DNA from: Negaprion brevirostris
Lineage: Eukaryota
NCBI GenBank assembly: GCA_030324005.1
Contig: JARDVH010000025.1
Span: 94,150,673-94,210,718 of the forward strand
Length of the DNA stretch: 60,046 bases
Direction: 5' to 3'
Shown here: piece by piece, positions 49,330-60,046 of the stretch
Position numbering within the stretch: position 1 is the first letter of the stretch
How the letters are laid out: each line of letters opens with the position of its first letter
Position numbers and translations under genes: made by a program
The notes under the pieces: generated by a model
What the model was told of the DNA's origin: nothing
Database searches by the model: none
Seen by the model: only the letters and a program-made list of their open reading frames with translations

Positions 49330-50430
49330 CAAACATAGGAAACAGGAATGGAAGTAGGCCATTCTGCCCATCGGGCCTGCTCCACTGTTCAAGGAAATCA
49401 TGGATTTTAGTAAGGCGTTTGATAAGGTTCACCATGGTAGGCTTCTGCAGAAAATGCAGATGTATGGGATTAAGGGTAATNNNNNNNNNNNNNNNNNNNN
49501 NNNNNNNNNNNNNNNNNNNNNNNNNNNNNNNNNNNNNNNNNNNNNNNNNNNNNNNNNNNNNNNNNNNNNNNNNNNNNNNNCATTGTTTTTTAACTGGTCG
49601 GCGCAACATCATGGGCCGAAGGGCCTGTTCTGCGCTGTAATGTTCTATGTTCTATGTCTGTTTTTGTATCAAATTCCATATTCCTATCTGCCCCTGATAA
49701 CCTTTGATTCTCTTGGCTAACAAGAATCTATTGACTTCTGCCGCCATTGATTTCTGAGGAAGAGAGGTCCAAAGTTGCACAACCCTCAAAGAAAACAAAA
49801 TTTTCTTCATCTCTTTCCTAAAAGGTTGCTCCCTAATTTTAAAACAGTGCCCCCTAGATCTTAACTCTCCCACAAGAGGAATCAGCCTTTCCACATCCAC
49901 CTTGTCAAGACCATTCAGGCTCAGATTTATTTCAATAAAGTCACCCCTCAGTTGTCAAACCTCCAGTGAAAACAAGCCAAGTCTGACCAACCTTTCCTCA
50001 TAAGATAAACGGCTCATTCTAGGTATCAATCTAGTAAACCTCCTCTAAGCCTCCAATGCATTTTACACACTTCCTTAAATAAGGAGACCAAACTGCACAC
50101 AGTATTCAAGATGCAATTTCACCAATGTCCTGCATAACTGAAACATAACATCCTTACTTGTATGTTAATTTCTCTCATAATAAAATACAGCATTTCATTA
50201 GCTTTCTTAATTACCTGAAGTACCTGTATACTAACTTTTGAATACCTAGATCCTTCTACGTCTTAGAATTCTGTAGTCAGTCACTGTTTAAGTAATACTC
50301 AGCCTTTTTACTCTTTCTGCCAAAATGAACAACTTCACATTTTCCTACATTATACTCCATCCACTAGATTTTTTGTCCACTCATTCAACCTATCTATATT
50401 TGTTTGCAACCTCCTTATGTCCTCTTCACA
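49330..50430 (-). mobile_element. CR1 LINE 3' part with a younger + strand CR1 (49397-49636) inserted in its tail
   Basis: On -: DVERLIPLVGELRSRGH..FSLRVVQLWTSLP. The insert starts MDFSKAFDKVHHGRLLQK and ends tgttctatgttctatg. Confidence 0.85.
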
Positions 50431-50439
50431 ACATACTTA

Positions 50440-51090
50440 CAGCAGGATAACACCAACCTGGCTAATTATCTCCCAATCAGTTTACTCTCGATCATCAGTA
50501 AAGTGATAGAAGGGGTCATCAGCAGTGCTACTGAGCAGCACCTGTTCAGCAATAACCTGCTCAGTGATGCCCAATTTGGGTTTTGCCAGGATCACCCAGC
50601 TCCTGACCTCATTACAACCTTGGTTCAAACCTAGACAAAAGCACTGAATTCCAGAGGTGAGGTGAGAGTGACAGCCCTTGACATCAAGGCTGCATTCAAC
50701 CGAGTGTGGCATCAAGGAATCCTAGCCAGACTGGAATCAATGCGTATCGAGGGCAAACTCTCTGCTGGTTGGAGTCATACCTGGTATATAGGAAGATGGT
50801 TGTGCTTGCGAAGGGTCAGTCATTTTAGCTCCAGGACATCTCTATAGGAGTCCTTCAGGGTAGAATCTCAGGCTCAACAATCTTCAGCTGCTTCATCAAT
50901 GACCTTCCCTCCGTCATAAGGTCAGAAGTGGGGATGTTCACCGATGATTGCACAATGTTCAGCACCATTCGCAACTCCTCAGATACTGAAGCAGTCCACA
51001 TTCAAATGCAACAAGATCTCAACAATATCCAGGTTTGGACTGACAAGTGGTAAGTAACATTCATGCCACACAATGACCATCATCAAGAAG
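50440..51090 (+). mobile_element. CR1-class LINE RT fragment
   Basis: NYLPISLLSIISKVIEG..DAQFGF, ALDIKAAFNRVWHQG and MFTDD motifs. Confidence 0.9.
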
Positions 51091-51167
51091 AGATAATGTA
51101 TGCTCACAATACTTTACTGATCTAGGCTAATGCAATGGAGGTAAATTAGCCAAGGTATTAATCTCAC

Positions 51168-51255
51168 CGCCACCAATAAAAAATCCTCCATAATGAGCAG
51201 CCTTTTAAATAACCTTTGTATATGGTTGGTCAATATCAGGCAGTGTTGTTGCAAA
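51168..51255 (-). CDS. Candidate exon of gene B (LQQHCLILTNHIQRLFKRLLIMEDFLLVA)
   Basis: Donor GCG|GTGAGA. Phase 2 to 0 bridges the flanking exons exactly, but the acceptor is purine-rich and weak. Confidence 0.5.
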
Positions 51256-51851
51256 CTTGTTTTTCAGATCTTAGTGCACCAGAAGCTAGAGCCAAGCAAG
51301 GATTATTATAAAACTAATGCAATCGGTGAATATTCTTTAATTATGAATCATGATCAACATTTTATGGGGAATACTCCAGTGGTTTCTTTAGTAGCTGAAA
51401 TTAGAGGGGAAGCAATGTCACATTATTGCAATCTGAAAAATTGTGATACATTTGTGGGGAAATTAACTACAGCTCATAGTAGCAACTTGCTTAACAGTCT
51501 ATGGTTCACTATAGAAATAATTCAGCATAAACTTGATTAATATTTGCTGAAATTATAGTAAATTAGTGCAATGCTTTATTAAAAAAGGAAAAAAACAAAA
51601 AACAGATAATCCTCCTTGCCCATTTTATCAGTACAGTAATCAGAATTCAATGAATATGGAACAAAAACAAATATCCACACTAGAATTTGTTGCAATGAAT
51701 AATGTGAAGTCACTTATTATCTGCTCCTTGATCAAAAAGGCAAAAAAAAATCATTAGCTCATTTTTATTAATTACACATTTCTAAAAATTATCAGTTTAC
51801 TGCTTTGACATTTTTTTTCCTGTTCAGCCAGTTGGGTTTTTTTATACATAC

Positions 51852-51925
51852 TTTAGCCTTTCTTTGAAATTCACATTTAGCGTCGAGCTGAAACAGATCT
51901 CATGCAGCAGCTGCTGGGTTTCTTG
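51852..51925 (-). CDS. Candidate exon of gene B (QETQQLLHEICFSSTLNVNFKERL)
   Basis: Acceptor ttcattccttttcAG and donor GTATGT. Only one frame open, phase 0 to 2. Confidence 0.6.
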
Positions 51926-52848
51926 CTGAAAAGGAATGAAGGGCTTTTTTGAATGGCTGGCAAAAGGGGTTATTTCTGCTTCAATAAAAATGGAAAGTGT
52001 TCAGTGCATCTCCCTAATCTGTATGGAGAGACAGCGAGGTCAGTGACCCTGCATCTGAACTGGCGCAGATCATGGACTTGAAGTATTGGCTATCTCCACA
52101 GGTGCTGCCTGACCAGCATTTTCTGTTCATGTTAAAGATTTCCAGCATTTGCAATCCTTTGTTCTCCTACTATACACGCCATGCCGGGCAATTGTAAGTT
52201 TTGTGAGTCCCCACTTAAAATCAGAAAATATTTACTATTCAGCATAAAGTGTAATTTTTCTGCTAATGATGTCCATTTGCATGGCTAGCAGTAGAACATA
52301 GGTGCAGGCAAATTAGCCAGTGCTAACTGTGGGAAATTCTTGTCATTTTTAAACTTGGAAATGAAATCAAGTCATGTGTCAATTAATTATGTCATTATTA
52401 GCTCAAGGTATTCTCATTTGTACATGGAATTGTTGTATGTGTTGCTTGTGAGATTCAAGTCTTCTGATGTTACTTTCTGGATTTTGCATAGGGCAAGGTT
52501 CAAAGAAACGGAACTGTTTGTATGATCTGGGTGACCAAGTTGTATGTAATTTAACAAAGCTGTGGTTGTGAAACATACCATACTAAAGCTTACACTTTCA
52601 ATAGGCTCTATAAACAGAGACATAGGGCACAAAAGAGAAAAAATGTTGCTAAACCTCTATGAGACAGTTTGACCCCACTGCAACCATCATTTCCAATCCG
52701 CGACCCAAAGGACTTGAGGGGAAGGGTTTAAGCTAGAGGATGGCTGAAATGGGAGGGTCAGGAACTGGAGGAAACTAGGACCCATCATTTCCGTCCCTGG
52801 GCCTGCCTTCACTGCTGATTCATCTTCTCTGGTCCTGAGCCTCAATAG

Positions 52849-53140
52849 GGCCCTTACAGTGCAGAATGAGGCCATTTGGCTCATCAAATTTGCACTGGCC
52901 ACAATCCCATCCAGCTCCTCTCCCGCAGCCCCATGTATTTATCCTGCAGGTCCCCCTGACACAAAGGGGCAATTTAGTATGNNNNNNNNNNNNNNNNNNN
53001 NNNNNNNNNNNNNNNNNNNNNNNNNNNNNNNNNNNNNNNNNNNNNNGTGCAAACTCCATAGGGATAGTTACCCAAGCCAGGAATCAAATCCAGGTCCCTG
53101 GCGCTGTGAGGCAGCAGTGCTAACCACTGTGCTACCATGC
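52849..53140 (-). mobile_element. HE1-type V-SINE (internal N run)
   Basis: Reverse-complement head ggcgctgtgaggcagcagtgctaaccactgtgc and tail. Confidence 0.9.
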
Positions 53141-55411
53141 TGTTCTATGCAAGAATCCATTCTTTTGTTCCAATCCCTCGTGCTGCCGAGTAAAACGAGG
53201 AAAACCATTGCCCTTACGAGCAACTGCATAAAGCTGACAAGTGCACATCACCTTTAAACAGTCTAATACCAGGTACCAGAAGAGTCTCCTGCATTACTGA
53301 CATTATCTCAAAAGTAAGATGCTATTTAAAAAACTTTTATGCTAATGAGTTTTCATGGCACGCACATATACGATGAATTGCCATAGATCAGTGCAATGGT
53401 CCGCATATTGTAAACGTGCAGCTCCCTTTATCTCTGTATCTCAGGCCATCATCGAGAAATCAAACTTCCTACCCACATATCTAAGTCATCCCAAACGTTA
53501 TTGTTCTTACTCCTGTGGACTGCATCAAATCCCCACCCCCATTGTTTCCTGAGTGGGGAGATGAGAGGAGCTGGGATTGTTCTCCCAAGGATAGGGGAAA
53601 TTCAATTGAGAAGTTAAAAAATTGATTGAGGGCTGCGATACAGTAGATGTTAGCACGGGTTGGAGGGTTCCTTTTCAGATGACACATTTAAAATAATCAG
53701 GCTGTAAGCTGTTTGGATCTGGAAATCCCTCCCTCAAAGACTGCTGGAAGCAGCTTCAATGCTAACTTTCAGAAGGTATCCACTCAAAAAAGAGAACTTT
53801 ACAGGGCTATGCTGAACGAGTTGAGGAATAAGACCTATTTAACTATGAGAATAATTAATAGCTCTTTCAGAGAACTATTATGACTGATAGTTCAAATGGT
53901 CTTCTTCTGTACTGTAAGATTCTATGATTTTAAAAACTTATTTGTGTATATCCTATTTTTGTAATGCATTAATACGGACACCTTTTAGTTGTTTTGCAAT
54001 CTTTTCTTTGAACTATGTAAGAGCCATCTCACACCAAGTGTAAATTGGCTAGAAAATAAATGGGAAAATGGAATGTTTGTGACAGCCAGTGAGCGGGGTT
54101 TATGGCCTCACTCGTTCCGAAACTGTAAAATCCCACCCAAGGTGAATGGACCTTTCCATTGTCCACCCACCGCCCCGCCCACCCCCACCCCCACCCACTC
54201 CCACTCCAATTCCTGTGGGAGGGAGCGGGATGGTAAAATTCTGGTCATCTTTTTTCTCCCTCTTTTTAGTGAGCTGTCCTATTCAGGAAGACACAGTAAA
54301 AAGTCTGACAACACCAGGTTTTAGTCCAACCNNNNNNNNNNNNNNNNNNNNNNNNNNCTACTGCAATTTTCCTTCAATAAAGCACTGCTAGGCTTTTTCC
54401 CCTCTACCAAAGAAGAACACACATACTTCTTGATTGCAATTTGACATTAATGTTATAAGACATCACTTCAATCAATCCTCGTTCTTAATTGCAAAGCAAT
54501 TTGACATTGATGGTGACAGGCCTTGAAAGTCTCAGAATTTGTACAGCTCAGTCTTAATTCATGACAGTACATGATGGAAACATTGTGACTTCCCAGTGCC
54601 TGTTCAGAATTATTCCTGCTTCCTCATTGGACTATCAGTTGTTCACAGAGTAACAGGTTGCAAACATCTGATGGATATTAGAAATGAGTACTTGTTGCAG
54701 ATAATCATCATGTTACGTTGGGAGAGTTCTGGAGTTCAGTGAATAGGTTAAAATATTCATCAATGGACAAACACAAATTTGGTATGAGGAGAAATGTTCA
54801 ATGTTGATGTTCCTCACAGGAAACGTTCCAAAAGTTCTTGGTTTCACAAACAAAGCAAATGTAAAACTAACTTAGGTTATCGTGATCAATCTCCAGGATT
54901 GTAAAATATGAGTAAGTGATTCAAAGGTGAGGTATTCAACAGGAATATGGTTGTCATCATCTTACATGTTACAGATTGTGATTTGCAGATTATGAATTTG
55001 TTATGCGTCCATTCTAAACAATGATCTGAGTATTAACATTGCCCAATAAATGCATAGAAACTGTGTTCAACTTTTCCATTTGCCTCACCCCAGGTTGAGA
55101 ACTCAGGTTGGGTCTTTAATCTTTTTTTTAGAAAAAAATGCTTTTCACAATAAATTGTTTTAATACCAAACACCTTCACAAACCCTGGAGCACTAATATC
55201 CAAAAACCTGCAGAGAAATTAAAAAACTGTTGTGAAGATATTTGAGTTTATAAATAATGCACACAAAGGATATCAATTGCAATGTCAATTTGCATATTTT
55301 AAAATTGTATGTGTGTTACAGACCAGCATAATGCTGATTAAGTACCTTTATCACTGCTGTTATACAACACATGAATATGTATTTTTTAATACATTTGCAA
55401 GTGAATTTTAC

Positions 55412-55448
55412 CTTGCGAATGGAAATTGCCATTAGAAAATTTCTTTCA
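55412..55448 (-). CDS. Candidate exon of unidentified gene B (ERNFLMAISIRK)
   Basis: Donor AAG|GTAAAA in phase 0, joining the 51852-51925 exon. The acceptor is weak. Confidence 0.35.
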
Positions 55449-55539
55449 CTGTCACTTTACACTAGCATTAAAGCCAATAATTTTCTCACAACACCAGCAT
55501 TAAAGCCAATAATTTTCTCACTTCCTTCTATGCCCTATC

Positions 55540-55770
55540 GGTACCAAAAGACTCAAGAATAGTTTCTTCCCTGCTGCCATCAGACTTTTGAATGAACCTA
55601 TCTTGCATTAAGTTGATCTTTCTCTACACCCTAGCTATGACTGTAATACTACATTTTGCACTCTCTCCTTTCCTTCTCTATGAGCAATATACCTTGTCTG
55701 TATAGCATGCAAGAAACAATGCTTCTCACTGTTTACTAATACATGTAACAATAATAAATCAAATCAAATC
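55540..55770 (+). mobile_element. Rex1/Babar-like LINE tail
   Basis: Matches 14935-15162 and ends aataaatcaaatcaaatc. Confidence 0.8.
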
Positions 55771-56810
55771 CTTTCTTTAAGGCAAGGTTTACTTGTACTT
55801 TTTCATGGTTAGCACTTGTCCAAGTGTCAATCATTCAGGAGTCTTCATAGTATTTAGACCAATCATTAAAAATTCATCTGGCAAAATGATATGAGAATGA
55901 AACTAATTTGGTACTGAGGTGAAAGAGTTTTGTGATGCATTGCGTCACATTATGGTTTGCTTCTACTGCAGTTGGTGCAAGTGCAAATTCATCTGCATTC
56001 ATTGAATATGGGTTTAAAATGTTTGAATTCTAAATTGTTAATTTAAATGTCCTTTCAAAGAAAACCAGAATTCAGGAACAAAAATGTAATGGAATGCCTA
56101 ATCCATTAAATATATTTCATAGAAGTGGCATCATCATGCAGAGGATAATGAATTGTACACAACACAAATGTCAAGAGATGCAGTAACTTAAAAAAAAGCT
56201 GACAGATGGATTCAGCAGCTGTATGAAATCACTGTGACAAATGTTCATTTAACACCTCCTATATTATTATGGCTTCCATAGAACACGAGCAAATCTCTTT
56301 TTCCTGACAAAACAATTATTCTTTCCAATCTTGTAATTCTCCCGGTATGGCATCCATTTTCAATCCATCCAATTGGAGTGACAAAAGCTTGAGCTTACTG
56401 TGGCACGTAATTACTTTAACCACCCATCACCAGCTATAGCTGGACATATCAAACATTATTGGACCTCAGCTNNNNNNNNNNNNNNNNNNNNNNNNNNNNN
56501 NNNNNNNNNNNNNNNNNNNNNNNNNNNNNNNNNNNNNNNNNNNNNNNNNNNNNNNNNNNNNNNNNNNNNNNCTGCCACCAAATCTACTACTGCTGCAGGT
56601 TGTCCTGGAAAGTAAAAATGAACCTGTCCTTTCTTCTTTGCTTCTCACCATCTCCTTTAAACTCATTCCTTTTTTGCACCAGTTGCTTCTTTGTCACTGA
56701 GATGGTAACCATCGTTCAGCTGCCTTCACCACTTTCATCCCTTCCTCTTCCCATCAAACCAAACCTCTCCTTAGGCTTCCCATGATCAGTGCCTCACTCT
56801 ATATTTGGGA

Positions 56811-57124
56811 TGAGAGTGGTTAGCGCTGCTGCCTCACAGCGCCAGGGACCCAGGTTTGAATCCTGGCTTGGGTCACTGTCTGTAGAGTTTACATGTTCTC
56901 CCCATTTCTGTGTGGGTTTCCTCCAGTGCTCTGGTTTCCTCCAACAGTCCAAAGATGTGCAAGTTAGATGGATTAGCCATGTTAACTTAACCATCAGTGT
57001 CAGGGCAATTAACGCAGTAAATATATGGAGTTACAGGGATAGGATCTGGATGGCATTGTTGTTGGTGCAAACTTGGTGGGTTGAATGGTCTCCTTCTGCT
57101 CTGTAGACATTCTGTGATTCTATA
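56811..57124 (+). mobile_element. HE1-type V-SINE
   Basis: Head, V-domain and tail. Confidence 0.9.
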
Positions 57125-57229
57125 TCTCTAATCCCTCTTTGGACCCATTTGGTCCATCAAACTAACCTCTCTCTTAATAATAATTCCTCTGAACTATTGA
57201 CCACACAACTTTCATTCCTGGCCCCCATA

Positions 57230-58702
57230 CTCAGAAACAGCACTTTGCAGCACAGGAGGAGGCCATTCAGCCCATTGTGTGTGCACCAGCTCCCAAAGAG
57301 CTGCTCAGTTAGTCCCATTCTCCAGCCTTATCTCCATAGCCCTCTAAATTCATCAGCTCCCAGCTCCCGTTCGAAACCTCCGATGGAATCTGCCTCCACC
57401 ATTGTCCCTGGCCGTTCATTTTAAATCCCAATAGATCTTGCTGACTATTTTCAAACTGTGACCCCTAGTTACTGACACACCAACTAGTGGAAACAGAATA
57501 GTCTTCTTTACCCTGTCTAAATTGTTCATAACTTTGAACACCTCAATAAGATCACTCCTTAATCTTCCCTGCTCCAAGGAGACTAAGCCTAATGTCTCTA
57601 ATCTTTTCTTCTTTCTAAAAATCCTCATTCCTGGTCTCATTCTCATCAATCTACTTTGTACCCTATCTAGGGCCCTAACATTCTTCCCTAGTTAAGATGC
57701 CCAGGCCTGAACACAATGGGCGGAATTTTATGGCCTCATTCACCCCAAAACTGTAAAATTCCGCCAGAGTTCAACAAATCTTTCCATTGTCCGCCTCTCA
57801 CCAGCTCCAATTCCTGTGGCAGGTGGTGCGATACAATTCGGGCCAATATTCCAAATATAGTCTGACCAATGATTTGTAGAGATGAAGCATTGTTTTTATA
57901 TTCTATGCCTCTATTTATAAACCTAAGGGACCTATAACTTCTTAACATCTGTTTCAACTTGATTGACCACCTTCAGAGAATTATGCACTTGAACCCAGAG
58001 GTCTCGTGGCTCCTGTACTCCTCTCAAAGTTGTACCACATAATCAGTATTGTGTCACATATTTCTTCTTTCAAAATGCATTACCTCACATTTCATTGCAT
58101 TGAAATTCATCGACCAGGTGGCCAACTTGTCAATGTCCCTCTGAAGTTGCTCAGAGTAATCCTCACAATACACTATTCTCCTCAGTTTAGTGTTATCTGC
58201 AAATTAAGAGATTTTTGCCCTTAACACCCATCTCTAAATCATTTATATAAATTAGAAAATGCAACGATCCCAACTCTGACAGAAAATGCTGGAAAATCTC
58301 AGCAGGTCTGACAGCGTCTTTGGAGAGAGTATAGAGCCAACATTTCGCTTCGGAATGACCCTTAGTCAGAACTTCATCATCCAGACTGGATATGTTGGCT
58401 CTATTCTCTCTTTACAGATGATATTTGACCTGCTGGGATTTTCCAGCATTTTTGGTTTTTGTTTCAGATTCCAGCATCTACCATATTTTGCTTTGATCCC
58501 AACACAGTTGCTGGGAGAACACCACTTTCAACTTGTCTCCAGCCTGAGAAATGCCCATATCTACCTTGTTTCCTATCTCTTTGTCAACTTTTAATCCATG
58601 CTGCCAAGGACCCATCAATCCCAAATATTTCTAATTTGCTAACCAATCAGCCATGTGGCAGCATATCAAATGCTTTCTGAAAGTCCAAATATACAACATC
58701 CC
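57230..58702 (-). mobile_element. Decayed CR1 LINE with a nested MITE (57718-57844, AAT TSD) and a nested Penelope-derived inverted element (about 58280-58495)
   Basis: RLETLGLVSLEQGRLRSDLIEVFK..TRGHSLK, FADN and DFQKAFD motifs on -. Removing the inserts restores LINE continuity. Confidence 0.88.
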
Positions 58703-60046
58703 NNNNNNNNNNNNNNNNNNNNNNNNNNNNNNNNNNNNNNNNNNNNNNNNNNNNNNNNNNNNNNNNNNNNNNNNNNNNNNNNNNNNNNNNNNNNNNNNNN
58801 NNTCAGTGCCTATGTCTTCAATTGAAAATTCTCAGTGTCTTGTTTGAATCCAACCATGACTGCAGCGCCTACTAATCTCAAGTTCTAGAACACTACTCTT
58901 GTTCTTTCTGCTCCAAAACTATCTAGATTTGTTAGGCTGTGCTTTGAAATATGTAACCTCAAAGTTCAGGAGGTCTCTGCGTAAGACTTTCCTACTTCAA
59001 ACAATCTGATTAAAATCCAGCTCTTTGATCAAGATTCTGGGCACTCTCCAAAATACCTAATTTTTAGTTTGACTTCCATTCACCTACACTGTTGATTAGG
59101 CTTATGAAGGGTTTTGTTTTTTTTTACATTAAGGGCACTAACTTGTTGTATCACAACTTTATTTAGAGATAAAAACACAGCACTGAAACCCAACACTGGC
59201 AGTTGTAGTAAGCAAGCTGCAGGTTACAAGAGAAAATGGTGCTTAACAACTCTTTAGCGTGGTGCTCAGGTGTACAGATCAAAAGGAATTTTGTTTATAT
59301 CGTTTATATTACTGCTACTTCTTTTCAACGTTTCTGTGAGTGCCTTTTAACCTGTTCACAATCTTTGCTGACACCTTCCACTTTTGATTAGCTTTTTGTT
59401 CAGCTATTGCCACCAAACACCTGTCTCCAACTCTAGCTTATTCCACATGGATTCCAGATCATATTTTACCCTTACTCTTTTGGATCTCTCTCTTTCTTGA
59501 CTAATATCACTCTGATACTCAACATTCCTTTAACAACTACACTCATTGCTTTAGGACATTTATTCTTTCCACCCTCACCAATTTAGGCACCTTCTCTCCC
59601 TTCTGCAGGACAACTCACTTCATTACATAACTCTCTGATCCCTCACTCTGATATCACCTTTCACCTCATAGGATGTTTTAACAAAATACTTCCTTCTCTT
59701 CCTTTTAGGGAGAAAGAACCATTCAAGCTTCAAACACTTCTCACCTTCAAATCTCACCAATGGCCAAATTTTCATGATCCTCCCTGACCATTTGCTCTCT
59801 GACCTCAATTGATTCAATCTCAGTGAAGGCTTCAGCCTCATCCATTTATCTCCCCATCTCAGACTGCAAACTTGGCATGATTCTAAGACCTTCTCCAATC
59901 ACCTTCACATTCACATCCATATTTATGGTCAGGAAGCATTTCATCCTCACATTAACATACTTGATCCTTGCTTCTGCCTTCAACCTCCCTGATTGACTTG
60001 AACTCTCCTACCCTCTCTTGATCTTTCTATTAAGTACTACCAGTGT

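Noticed and set aside
51168-51925. Resemblance of the gene B peptide to IL-6-type helical cytokines
   Set aside because: Only superficial; exon phases, Cys spacing and the long tail do not fit, so no symbol is assigned.
54560-56305. Further possible - strand exons (about 54966-55013, WTHNKFIICKSQSVT; about 56256-56303, KRDLLVFYGSHNNIG)
   Set aside because: Splice signals are present, but I could not chain their phases with the gene B model.
10068-58495. Recurrent palindromic aatgctggaaaatctcagcagg motif as a CRISPR-like repeat
   Set aside because: Dispersed, with no regular repeat-spacer period and no cas genes, in a vertebrate context; explained by Penelope termini.

Overview
Repeat-rich eukaryotic DNA from an elasmobranch (shark), inferred from about 11 HE1-type V-SINEs and CR1-class LINEs with matching tails. 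None of the supplied ORFs is a complete gene. Manual splice-site reading suggests two convergent, intron-rich protein-coding genes that I could not name. Gene A (+ strand) is the 3' part of a gene with candidate exons 226-247/293, 370/410-502, 5036-5095, 19204-19318 and 19611-19650 (stop). Gene B (- strand) is a phase-compatible chain of about 12 small exons from 55448 down to the N-gap at 24744. The introns hold a decayed full-length Ty3/Gypsy element (about 7682-12960) with nested insertions, a solo LTR, and Penelope-like elements, one with an apparently intact minimal hammerhead ribozyme (10931-10969). They also hold a fossil two-gene PIF/Harbinger transposon (Myb/SANT-like + strand, DDE transposase - strand), many Harbinger-type MITEs with 3-bp TSDs, CR1/L2/Rex1-type LINE fragments and a Deu-domain SINE. 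All calls are by eye. Repeat boundaries are approximate and the gene models need transcript or homology support. I found no well-supported novel system; the best leads are the unidentified genes, a possible recursive splice site and the ribozyme.
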